Assembly (NCBI GenBank): GCA_963782245.1
Contig: CAWAJC010000009.1
Span: 13,829-77,828 of the forward strand
DNA length: 64,000 bases
Reading direction: 5' to 3'
DNA from: an uncultured Cytophagales bacterium
GTDB lineage: Bacteria > Bacteroidota > Bacteroidia > Cytophagales > Spirosomataceae
Of the stretch, positions 9,818-18,775 are shown in pieces. Made by a program: the position numbers and the translations under genes. Position 1 is the stretch's first letter. Every line of letters begins with the position of its first letter. The notes under the pieces are model-generated. The model was not told the origin of the DNA. It searched no databases and saw nothing but the letters and a program-made list of their open reading frames with translations.

Positions 9818-10459
9818 TCAATTTTGATCTTGGCTTACTCGGGCCAAAAAAGCAGAAACGTCACCGGTCAAAAGCCCAGCATAACGAGTAATCTTTTCGA
9901 TTGGCCAATTCCACCAGGCAAGTTTCAAGAGTTGAGCAGTAGTCGAGTCATCAAAGCGTTGGCGAATCAACCGTGCGGGATTACCGCCAACGATGGTGTA
10001 AGGCGGTACATCACTAGTTACGACTGAGTAAGAACCGATAATTGCCCCGTCACCAATAGAAACACCAGGCAGGATAGCCGCTCGGTAACCTATCCAAACA
10101 TCGTTTCCAATAACGGTGTCGCCTTTTTTCGGGTACGATTTGCCATCCATTGAATTGCCCCAATCTCCGCCAAAAATAGCGAAGGGGTACGGACTGACTG
10201 AGTCAGAAAGGTGGTTCGCTCCGTTCATAATGAATTCCACTCCCGAAGCAATCATGCAAAATTTACCGATGCGTAGACGATCGCCAGTAAACTCGAACAG
10301 ATATCGAACATTCTTCTGAAAGTTGGTCACCGAATCAAAATCATCATAGTATGTGTATTCACCAACCTGAATTTGAGGATGACTAACTACGTTTTTCAAA
10401 AAACATAACCGATCATATCCACTCAGTGGAAAAATGGTTGAAGGGTCAATAGTGGCCAT
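9818..10459 (-). CDS. Vat/CatB-related xenobiotic O-acetyltransferase (hexapeptide repeat)
   Basis: VGEYTYYDD, IGKFCMIASG, GANH, KGDTVIGNDVWIG and AWWNWP motifs. Confidence 0.9.
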   Translation of the reverse strand: MATIDPSTIFPLSGYDRLCFLKNVVSHPQIQVGEYTYYDDFDSVTNFQKNVRYLFEFTGDRLRIGKFCMIASGVEFIMNGANHLSDSVSPYPFAIFGGDWGNSMDGKSYPKKGDTVIGNDVWIGYRAAILPGVSIGDGAIIGSYSVVTSDVPPYTIVGGNPARLIRQRFDDSTTAQLLKLAWWNWPIEKITRYAGLLTGDVSAFLARVSQDQN

Positions 10460-10675
10460 TGATAAAATAGGATGATTTGTTAATCATTGAATTCTTGAGC
10501 AAGATAGCTATGGGTACAATTCAATCAGCAAGATGTGAGTTACATAGAACGAACAGAATCAAGATGGTTCATACTGTGCTTTGATTACTGCAGTACCATA
10601 GCTATTTTCCATTGGCCCGGCAAAACCTATAGCCTCTCGGCAAGTTGGTTTGTAAGAAACGCATAACTTGCGCTC

Positions 10676-11509
10676 ATGAACTTACACGAATTTATTCAGT
10701 TGGCCCTGGCCGAAGATGTTGGCGATGGCGACCATACTTCCCTATCCACCATTCCGGCTGATGCCCAGAAACGCGCCCGGTTGCTGGTGAAAGAAGCCGG
10801 TATTCTGGCTGGTGTCGAAGTGGCGCAGGCTATTTTTGCCGAAGTAGATCCAGCCTTTGTTGTTGATGTGCTGATGCGGGACGGGGCGTCAATCAAGCCC
10901 GGCGACATCGTACTGACCGTGAGCGGTAACGCCCGCAATATCCTGACCGCCGAACGACTGGTGCTTAACTGCATGCAGCGCATGAGTGGTATTGCCACCC
11001 ACACCCGCGAGCTGGTCAATTTGCTGGAAGGGACGAGGGCAAAGCTGTTAGATACCCGTAAAACAACACCAAACTTTCGCATCTGCGAGAAAATGGCTAC
11101 TAAAATAGGGGGTGCCGTTAATCACCGATTCGGGCTGTACGACATGATTCTCATCAAAGACAACCACGTCGATTATGCCGGCAGCATCGAAGCGGCCATC
11201 ACAAAAGCCGTTGCCTACCTAAAAGAAACCGGGCGGAATCTGCGCATCGAAGTAGAAACCCGGAACCGGGCCGAAGTAGACGAAGTGCTGCGGGTGGGTC
11301 AGGTAGACGTAATTCTACTGGATAATTTCCCCCCCGATGGTATCCGGGATATGGTGCGGCTCGTTAACGGCCGGTTCATCACCGAAGCGTCGGGGGGGAT
11401 TGATGAAACGAACCTGCGGGCCTACGCCGAAACGGGGGTGGACTTTGTTTCGTCCGGTGCGCTGACTCATCAGATTAAGAGCCTGGATTTAAGTTTGAAG
11501 GCTTACTGA
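10676..11509 (+). CDS. nadC: Nicotinate-nucleotide pyrophosphorylase (carboxylating)
   Basis: LLDTRKTTP, NHRFGLYDMILIKDNH, ILLDN and EASGG motifs. Confidence 0.97.
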   Translation: MNLHEFIQLALAEDVGDGDHTSLSTIPADAQKRARLLVKEAGILAGVEVAQAIFAEVDPAFVVDVLMRDGASIKPGDIVLTVSGNARNILTAERLVLNCMQRMSGIATHTRELVNLLEGTRAKLLDTRKTTPNFRICEKMATKIGGAVNHRFGLYDMILIKDNHVDYAGSIEAAITKAVAYLKETGRNLRIEVETRNRAEVDEVLRVGQVDVILLDNFPPDGIRDMVRLVNGRFITEASGGIDETNLRAYAETGVDFVSSGALTHQIKSLDLSLKAY

Positions 11510-11534
11510 ACTTAGTTGCAAACCTATCTACTTT

Positions 11535-11885
11535 TCAGGGCTTTCCGGTATCAGCGGGGTTTTCGTCGATTCCTAACCGGGGTAATGCTGGGTTGAGGAT
11601 TCTGGGCGTAACCTTAATCCGGAAAATACGTGTTCCGGCCACATTGAAATCACAACTGTAGTAAGCCCGCTCCTTAACACCCCGGTAAACGGCGGTGTAA
11701 TTTACCCGTGGTGGCCAGTTGTTCAGGGCCAACTCAGCCGTGATCGCATCAACCGCCTTTCGCAGGTTCGAAAAGAAAATTATCGTTGGTTCGCGCTGCC
11801 GCAGGGAGGCTAGTGACCCTATATGCTGAATAGTGACTTCGTAGATAACTCGTCCCGAAGGACGCAAAACGGCTGATTTTGCCAT
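11535..11885 (-). CDS. Hypothetical protein, possible HTH-like DNA-binding protein
   Basis: Open ORF of about 116 aa from MAKSAVL, basic, with an FSNLRKA...NYTAVYRGVK pattern. Confidence 0.55.
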   Translation of the reverse strand: MAKSAVLRPSGRVIYEVTIQHIGSLASLRQREPTIIFFSNLRKAVDAITAELALNNWPPRVNYTAVYRGVKERAYYSCDFNVAGTRIFRIKVTPRILNPALPRLGIDENPADTGKP

Positions 11886-11959
11886 TGAAAATGATGATTC
11901 TGTCAATGATGCGATTATAACGAAAAATTATACGACTATTTTTCAGTGGCTAAACTAAA

Positions 11960-11995
11960 ATGTCTCCTGGGGCGTTTTACCTACAATTACGCTAA
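11960..11995 (+). other. Putative 11-codon leader ORF (MSPGAFYLQLR*)
   Basis: ATG at 11960 after A-rich TAAACTAAA; the stop lies 2 nt before a terminator hairpin upstream of bioD. Confidence 0.35.
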
Positions 11996-11997
11996 CC

Positions 11998-12027
11998 AAA
12001 GCCCGACCACAGAGTCGGGCTTTTTTT
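11998..12027 (+). terminator. Intrinsic terminator in the bioD leader
   Basis: AAAGCCCGAC-cacaga-GTCGGGC followed by T7. Confidence 0.75.
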
Positions 12028-12049
12028 ATGCCCGATTTTAATTAGCTTC

Positions 12050-12691
12050 ATGCACGCTCATATTATTGTTGCCGGAATCGGTACTGAAATTGGTAAAACG
12101 GTGGTATCGGCCGTGTTGGTAGAAGCCCTGCGGGCCGATTACTGGAAACCTATTCAGTCGGGCGGGCTGGACGATTCGGATACCGACGCCGTAAAAAGAC
12201 TGATTCGTAATCCTGTTTCCAGGTTTCACCCGGAAGCCTACCGACTCACCCAGCCTTTATCACCACATGCTGCTGCCGAAATAGATAACGTTGTCATTGA
12301 GATGGACCGGCTTGAAGCGCCTGAAACGGACAATGCACTGGTTATTGAGCTAGCGGGTGGCCTGATGGTTCCCCTGAATAACCACCAGCTAAACATTGAT
12401 CTGGTCGAAAAACTGGGTTTGCCCGTCGTGCTGGTATCGCAAAACTATCTGGGCAGTATCAACCACACGCTACTGTCGGTTGACGCCTGCCGAACGCGGA
12501 GTATCCCCCTGTTGGGGATTATGTTCAACGGACCTTCCGTCGAAACGACCGAAACGTTTATCCTGAATTATACGGGTTTACCCTGCGTGGGGCGGATAGG
12601 GCAGGAGCAACGCATAACCCCCGAAGTAATCCATCGCTACGCAGATTTGTTGCTACCAGGCCTCAATCAGGTCATTGAATCGCTGCAGTAA
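12050..12691 (+). CDS. bioD: Dethiobiotin synthase
   Basis: GIGTEIGKT P-loop, YWKPIQSG, IELAGGLMVP and YLGSINHTLL motifs. Confidence 0.96.
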   Translation: MHAHIIVAGIGTEIGKTVVSAVLVEALRADYWKPIQSGGLDDSDTDAVKRLIRNPVSRFHPEAYRLTQPLSPHAAAEIDNVVIEMDRLEAPETDNALVIELAGGLMVPLNNHQLNIDLVEKLGLPVVLVSQNYLGSINHTLLSVDACRTRSIPLLGIMFNGPSVETTETFILNYTGLPCVGRIGQEQRITPEVIHRYADLLLPGLNQVIESLQ

Positions 12692-13474
12692 AAATCTTGA
12701 TGTTGGCCCTACCTGTCCGTCCCCAATGGTTAAGTCCCCGATTTGTACAATAGGCAGTACTTTTTTGGTCGAACTGGTTGTGAACGCTTCACTGGCATCA
12801 TAAAGCTCGGAAAGAAGCACGGGACGCTCCTCAATCTGGAAATCGGTTTGTGCCAGCTGAAGAATAGTTCGGCGGGTAATACCGTGCAGAATATGGCGGT
12901 TGGGTGTTATAAGCCGATTACCCTGAACCAGGAAAAAATTGCTGCGGCTCAACTCACTGATTTCGCCGTCTTTCTGGTACAATACATCCGAAGCACCCGC
13001 CGAGCGGATAGCCTGAGCCAGCAAAATAACCCGTTTGTAATCCGTACTTTTTACCTCAGCCATTTCCCGTACGTATTCATCCAGAATTACGCTGATTCCC
13101 TGTTCATACTGAACGGGTGACACAGGGTGAATGGATTCGGTCAGGATGAGCAGGTTGGGCCGCTCAACAGTAATACTATCGGCGGAGTATCCACCGGTCA
13201 TCACGAACCGAAAGGCTACATCGCTCCCGCCACTCCGCTCAATCAAATCCATCAGGATGCTGTACGTTTCCTCTTTACCGAGCGGTAAGGGCAAGTGCAT
13301 CCGCGTGGCCGAATTTTGGAACCGCTCCCAATACCAGTCCCATTGAAAAGGACGGCCATTGTACGTCAGAAAGTAATCGAACAGGCCATAGCCCCGAAGC
13401 AGGCTAAGGTCGGTGATACCGATAGAGAGTTGATCGGTAGGCGCAATAGCGCCATTGAGATAGCCGTAATGCAT
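12653..13474 (-). CDS. PLP-dependent aminotransferase class IV
   Basis: RGYGLFD, EVKSTDY, SELSRSNFF, ILHGITR and EAFTTSS motifs. Confidence 0.9.
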   Translation of the reverse strand: MHYGYLNGAIAPTDQLSIGITDLSLLRGYGLFDYFLTYNGRPFQWDWYWERFQNSATRMHLPLPLGKEETYSILMDLIERSGGSDVAFRFVMTGGYSADSITVERPNLLILTESIHPVSPVQYEQGISVILDEYVREMAEVKSTDYKRVILLAQAIRSAGASDVLYQKDGEISELSRSNFFLVQGNRLITPNRHILHGITRRTILQLAQTDFQIEERPVLLSELYDASEAFTTSSTKKVLPIVQIGDLTIGDGQVGPTSRFLLQRFNDLIEAW

Positions 13475-13528
13475 AGAATGGCGCTGATTTGTCCGGAGTC
13501 AAAGATACTGTAAGCGGGCTTATGAGCA

Positions 13529-14793
13529 CTAAAAATCCCGCTGTCCCTGCGTTATATCCCTGACAACTAGCTGCACAGTATAGCGGCTTTTTTGCTCCAG
13601 CAGTAAGATTTTGTGAATGAGCACCCGATCAATCGTAGCCTGATCATAGTAACGAATCGTGATTAGCTCCAGCTTTTCATTATAGCTGACACGAAAGTCG
13701 TTTTTCAATTGATCGATCAGCTTGGGAATCCGGTCCGCGATCAGCATCGACAACAACCGAAAAGCTGATTGCCGTGTTCTGCATGAGGTTAATTTTCACC
13801 CCAGCCCTGGCAAACTGACCGAAAATGTGGCTTAGATTATCTTCGGCAATGAACGAAAAATCGTTCGGGTGGAGCGAGATCAATACCTGATTTACCTTGA
13901 AAATAAAGGAGGGCGTTAAGAGATGTTGTTTGAAATTGCCGATAGTGGTGCCGGGTGCATTGGGGGTCAAAAATGAGCGTACGTGCAACGGAATACCTTT
14001 GTTCTGAATCGGTTTGATGGTTTTAGGGTGAATGACCGTTGCTCCGTAGTAGGCTAGTTCGATAGCGTCCTGGTAGGTTATTGTATCCAGCAGAACCGTT
14101 TCATCAAACCATCTGGGATCCGCATTGAGCACACCGGGAACATCTTTCCAGATAGTGACGCTTTCTGCGTTCAGGCAGTAGGCGAAGATGGCCGCCGAAT
14201 AATCAGAACCATCGCGCCCCAGGGTTACAGTTCGTCCATCGGCCGCCTGACCAATAAAGCCCTGGGTCAGCTTTACACCTTTCCCAACTATAGCCTCGCT
14301 AATACGCCGACCCGTCTCCTGCCAGTCGACCCGGCCCTCCCGGAAATTTGTGTCGGTACGGATAAGTTGCCGGGCGTCGAACCACGTTGTGGGAATATGA
14401 CACGCCTGTAAATAAGCGACGATAATTTGAGTAGACAGAATTTCCCCCAGCGAAACCACCTGATCGTAAGTCTCATTGTAGGGGCGGCCAACAGACGTTG
14501 CTGACACATACTCCTCAAGCAAGCCGAACGTTTCGTGAACGGCACTAAAGTCGCCTTCCAAGCCATTCATAACGTCAGTGTGGTATTTCTTTATCGTTGA
14601 GAGGGACTGCCTGGATGCCTGCTGTCTGCTGGTTTGTGTAAGCCGCAACGAGTTCTTCCAGGGCATTGGTCGTTTTGCCCATCGCCGATACAACAACAAC
14701 CTCGTTTGGGCACTGGTTTTTGATGATCTCCGCTACATTCCGAACGGCGTGGGCATCTTTGACCGAAGCGCCACCAAATTTAAAAACTTTCAT
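13529..14793 (-). CDS. lysC: Aspartate kinase (two frameshifts)
   Basis: MKVFKFGGASV (14575-14793), TLGRDGSDYSA and IWKDVPGVLNADP (13680-14699), ACT-domain tail (13529-13756). Confidence 0.9.
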
Positions 14794-14804
14794 ACCATAA
14801 AAAA

Positions 14805-14863
14805 TGACAGGACTGCCGGTCTATCAGAGCAGGTGTCATCCTGTCGATCTGGCAATCCTGTCA
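14805..14863. repeat. Intergenic inverted repeat between dxs and lysC
   Basis: TGACAGGACTGCCGG ... CTGGCAATCCTGTCA, with an internal extra ATCCTGTC copy. Confidence 0.6.
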
Positions 14864-14878
14864 AAAAAAATCAGGTTA

Positions 14879-16813
14879 TTAAACGAATACCGACCTGCTT
14901 ACGAACAGTAACTCGCGTACTGCATCGGCAATACCGGAGGGATCGAATCCACATTCACGGTGTAATTCAATCTGTTCGCCATGTTCTACAACGGCATCAG
15001 GAATGCCCAGTCGTTTTACGCGGGCCGTGTAGCCGTGATCGCTCATGAACTCCACGATGGCGCTGCCGAAACCACCCATCAGGCATCCGTCTTCAACAGT
15101 TAGCACACGGTTAAAGCGACTGAAAATCTGGTGCAGTAATTCCTCATCCAACGGTTTCACGTAGCGCATATCGAAGTGAGCGGGGTGAATACCCTCCTTG
15201 GCCAGTAGTTGAGTTGCCTCAACCGCGTAGTTGCCCATGTGGCCAATGGTTAAAATGGCCACATCCTGGCCGTCCGTAATCTGACGACCTTTACCAATAA
15301 GCTGTTTCTCAAAGGGTGTACGCCAGTCAGGCATGACCCCTTCGCCCCGTGGGTACCGAATGGAGAAAGCCCGCTTACCCTGCTGCACATCGTCAGACTG
15401 CGCGGTGAACATCATGTTGCGCAACTCCTGTTCGTTCATGGGAGCCGCCACAATCATGTTAGGAATGCAGCGCATGTAGGCCAGATCATAAGCACCGTGG
15501 TGCGTTGGTCCATCAGCACCCGCAAACCCGGCCCGATCCAGACAGAAAATAACGGGTAATTCCTGAATGCAAACGTCATGAATGACCTGGTCGTAGGCCC
15601 GTTGCATGAATGTGGAGTAAATATTACAGAATACCACTTCGCCCTGCGTGGCCATACCGGCCGAAAACGTGACGGCGTGCTGTTCCGCAATACCGACGTC
15701 GAAGGCCCTTGTGGGCATAGCCTTCATCATGATGTTCATGGAAGAGCCGGAGGGCATGGCCGGTGTGACACCTACTATGCGCGGGTTTTTCTCCGCCAGT
15801 TCAACCAGTGTATTCCCGAACACATCCTGATACTTGGGGGGCTGGGGCGTATCATACACTTTTTTCTGAATGACCCCTGTCACTTTATCGAACAGCCCGG
15901 GCGCGTGCCATTTCGTCTGATCTTTTTCGGCGGGGCCGTAGCCTTTCCCCTTCACGGTTAGTACGTGCAGTAGCTTGGGACCGGGAATATTCTTGAGATC
16001 ATCTAAAACACTCACCAGATGGTCGATGTCATGCCCATCAATAGGACCAAAGTACCGTAAATGCAACGACTCGAACAGGTTGCTTTGTTCCAGCAGCGAA
16101 CTTTTGATACCCGACTGAACCTGCGACACTAGATCCTGGGCGGTCTTACCCAGCTTGTCCATTTTTCCCAGTATGTTCCAGACTTCGTCTTTTACCTTGT
16201 TATACGTCTGCGATGTCGTGATATCAGTCAAATATTCCCGCAGCGCACCTACGTTCGGATCAATGCTCATGCAGTTGTCATTCAACACAATCAACAGGTT
16301 GCTGTCCGTGGCACCGGCATGATTCATTCCTTCAAATGCCTCTCCGGCGGTGAGCGCGCCATCGCCGATAACTGCAATATGGTTGCGCTGGGTGTTGCCT
16401 TGCAACTGAGAGGCAACGGCCATACCTAAAGCGGCCGAAATGGACGTGGAGGAGTGGCCTACCCCAAAGGAATCGTACTCACTTTCTTTTCGTTTCGGAA
16501 ACCCCGAGAGCCCCTTGTAAAACCGATTAGTATGAAACGCATCTCTCCGACCCGTCAGAATTTTGTGGCCATACGCCTGGTGGCCTACATCCCACACCAG
16601 TTGGTCATCAGGCGTGTTGAATACATAATGAAGGGCAACCGTCAGTTCAACCACACCCAGGCTCGCTCCGAAATGGCCACCGAATACCGATACGTCGTCG
16701 ATTATAAACTGCCGAAGTTCATTGGCAACCTGGGGCAGAAGAGACTTGTCAAGTTTGCGAAGATCGTCAGGAGAGTCAATGGTGGCCAGAAGAGTGCCGG
16801 GGGTAATGAGCAT
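14879..16813 (-). CDS. dxs: 1-deoxy-D-xylulose-5-phosphate synthase
   Basis: WDVGHQAYGHKILTGR, GDGALTAG, DVGIAEQHA and DGPTHHG motifs. Confidence 0.97.
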   Translation of the reverse strand: MLITPGTLLATIDSPDDLRKLDKSLLPQVANELRQFIIDDVSVFGGHFGASLGVVELTVALHYVFNTPDDQLVWDVGHQAYGHKILTGRRDAFHTNRFYKGLSGFPKRKESEYDSFGVGHSSTSISAALGMAVASQLQGNTQRNHIAVIGDGALTAGEAFEGMNHAGATDSNLLIVLNDNCMSIDPNVGALREYLTDITTSQTYNKVKDEVWNILGKMDKLGKTAQDLVSQVQSGIKSSLLEQSNLFESLHLRYFGPIDGHDIDHLVSVLDDLKNIPGPKLLHVLTVKGKGYGPAEKDQTKWHAPGLFDKVTGVIQKKVYDTPQPPKYQDVFGNTLVELAEKNPRIVGVTPAMPSGSSMNIMMKAMPTRAFDVGIAEQHAVTFSAGMATQGEVVFCNIYSTFMQRAYDQVIHDVCIQELPVIFCLDRAGFAGADGPTHHGAYDLAYMRCIPNMIVAAPMNEQELRNMMFTAQSDDVQQGKRAFSIRYPRGEGVMPDWRTPFEKQLIGKGRQITDGQDVAILTIGHMGNYAVEATQLLAKEGIHPAHFDMRYVKPLDEELLHQIFSRFNRVLTVEDGCLMGGFGSAIVEFMSDHGYTARVKRLGIPDAVVEHGEQIELHRECGFDPSGIADAVRELLFVSRSVFV

Positions 16814-16927
16814 GATGGTAGTAGGTAGACGTCTGCCTTATAACACACGTATTATTTACAATGTTCTACAGGCGTTAACGCTGTCGTTTACAAAAAGCGA
16901 AGCTACTACTTAATTCTCTAATTATAA

Positions 16928-16983
16928 AAAATCTAAGCCGCTCATGTCAGTATATCTACGTGAACACGAGCGGCTTAGATTTT
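16928..16983 (-). terminator. Hairpin/terminator after the rhomboid genes
   Basis: AAAATCTAAGCCGCTC ... GAGCGGCTTAGATTTT. Confidence 0.7.
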
Positions 16984-17033
16984 AGAAAGAATGATGGTTC
17001 TCTGGACTTGATTTTACATTCCTGTATACCTGA

Positions 17034-17960
17034 TCAGTTGCGCTGACTGGCCCGGAAAAGTTTTTGCTTTTCCTCGCGGGTCAGACTCTCGTAACCGGAC
17101 CGGGATATTTTATCCAGAATCATATCAACTTCGTCCTGGTCAGGCGTTGAAACCGCCGACGATGTCCCCGAAGATGACAGGTAGGAGCCTGCCTGGGTAC
17201 TGGCGCTGCTTCGTTGCCGATAGGATACTTTAACGGGCGGTTTAGGTTTAAGTAGATTACTCCACCCATCGGCTATCCAATAAATAGGTCGACCCAAGTC
17301 CGTTCCGTTTTGAAGAAGTTTAACGTAGCAAAAACCCATGAGTGCGCCACCCAGGTGGGCTAGATTACCACCCGCGTTACTACCGGCTGATTGAGCAACA
17401 GAAAGGATAATGAAGAAAAAAACAATGTATTTGATCCGTACCGCTCCGAAAAAGAGTAGGTGAAACGTATAGTTGGGAAGCAGCGTTGCCGCACCGACCG
17501 CTACTGAAAAAGCAGCTGCAGAAGCCCCCAGCATACGGGCCGTATCGGACTGATTCTGAAAATAAGGAACCAGATTGTACATGACCAGGTATAGGATACC
17601 ACCGGCCAGGCCACCCATTATATAAAGACCAATTAATCGACGATTGCCCAGGTATTCATCAATCAGCCGCCCAAACCAGTACAGGAAGAGCATGTTGTAG
17701 AGAATATGGAAAATCTCGTCATGCGTGAAGAAATAGGTAAACAACGTCCAGGGTTTGCGCAGGAAATCGCCTACACCACCGGGTAGCATCATCTGGCCCC
17801 GGATAAAGTAATAAGTATCCAGATTCTGCGCCATTGTCAGACCAACCCTGGCCAGCAGCAGCACCAGAAAGATAACCGTATTCACTAGTATCAACTGCAC
17901 CAACGTATTGTTGGGCTTATTGAATTCGCTCCGAAAATCCTCAAACAAACCGCTCATCAC
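17034..17960 (-). CDS. Rhomboid intramembrane serine protease with C-terminal soluble domain
   Basis: HILYNM, GASAA and AHLGG motifs; C-terminal EVDMILDKISRSGYESL. Confidence 0.92.
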   Translation of the reverse strand: MMSGLFEDFRSEFNKPNNTLVQLILVNTVIFLVLLLARVGLTMAQNLDTYYFIRGQMMLPGGVGDFLRKPWTLFTYFFTHDEIFHILYNMLFLYWFGRLIDEYLGNRRLIGLYIMGGLAGGILYLVMYNLVPYFQNQSDTARMLGASAAAFSVAVGAATLLPNYTFHLLFFGAVRIKYIVFFFIILSVAQSAGSNAGGNLAHLGGALMGFCYVKLLQNGTDLGRPIYWIADGWSNLLKPKPPVKVSYRQRSSASTQAGSYLSSSGTSSAVSTPDQDEVDMILDKISRSGYESLTREEKQKLFRASQRN

Positions 17961-18739
17961 TAGTAAAACGTTTTTCGTTGGGAACCCCAGTATTTCACCA
18001 GAATAAATGCAAACAACATGCCGCCGATGTGGGCGAAATGGGCAACGTTGTCGGCCTGCGCCCGATAAACACCCGAATAAAGTTCAAAGGCTCCGTAGAA
18101 GAGAACGAGATACTTTGCTTTAACCGGTATAGGTGGAAACAATAAAAATAACTGAGTGTTCGGAAACAACAAACCAAAACCCATAATTACTCCGAAAATT
18201 GCGCCCGATGCACCCACCATTGGCTCGTCAACCTGATTTGTAAAAATACGATTCACAATGGCTATACTGTCCTGAATATTTTTACTGTTGTCTGGAAACT
18301 GCTTAAACTGTTCAATGAACGGTAACAAACGATCGTAATAGGCACTCGCGTGCTGATCGATGAATCCCGAGAAAGGCTCAAACCCTGGATCTGCCCGATA
18401 CGCCTGAATGGTTTCATATACGTCGTGCATCTCAAAATAGTTTATTCCCGAAAATAGCAATGCCGCACCCAGGCCGCAAAAGAAGTAAAAGAACGTAAAT
18501 CGCTTGGGACCCCAAAACGTCTCCAGCATTGGCCCGAACACGATTAAGCCAATCATGTTACTGAAAATATGCCCCAAACCGCCGTGCAGAAACATATGCG
18601 TCAGCAACTGAATCGGGTTGAATTTGTCGGACAAAAATGAATGGAGTCCAAACTGATCAATAATAGTCTCGTTCGTGACAAAAAAAACCAGCACATTTAT
18701 TACTAATAATGCGCGAACTACCGGAGTAAGATTAAACAT
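17960..18739 (-). CDS. Rhomboid intramembrane serine protease
   Basis: HIFSNM, GASGA and AHFAHIGG motifs. Confidence 0.92.
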   Translation of the reverse strand: MFNLTPVVRALLVINVLVFFVTNETIIDQFGLHSFLSDKFNPIQLLTHMFLHGGLGHIFSNMIGLIVFGPMLETFWGPKRFTFFYFFCGLGAALLFSGINYFEMHDVYETIQAYRADPGFEPFSGFIDQHASAYYDRLLPFIEQFKQFPDNSKNIQDSIAIVNRIFTNQVDEPMVGASGAIFGVIMGFGLLFPNTQLFLLFPPIPVKAKYLVLFYGAFELYSGVYRAQADNVAHFAHIGGMLFAFILVKYWGSQRKTFY

Positions 18740-18775
18740 GTTAATATAGCCTAATTTAGGCTGATTATCTCAAAA

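Noticed and set aside
12653-12691. 39-bp convergent overlap of bioD and the aminotransferase
   Set aside because: Short tail-to-tail overlaps are common. The class IV enzyme is not a BioA (class III) equivalent, so no pathway link is supported.
13529-14793. Programmed frameshifting or pseudogene status of lysC and the other split genes
   Set aside because: I saw no consistent slippery site or stimulatory structure. Indels are scattered across unrelated genes, which fits sequencing error.
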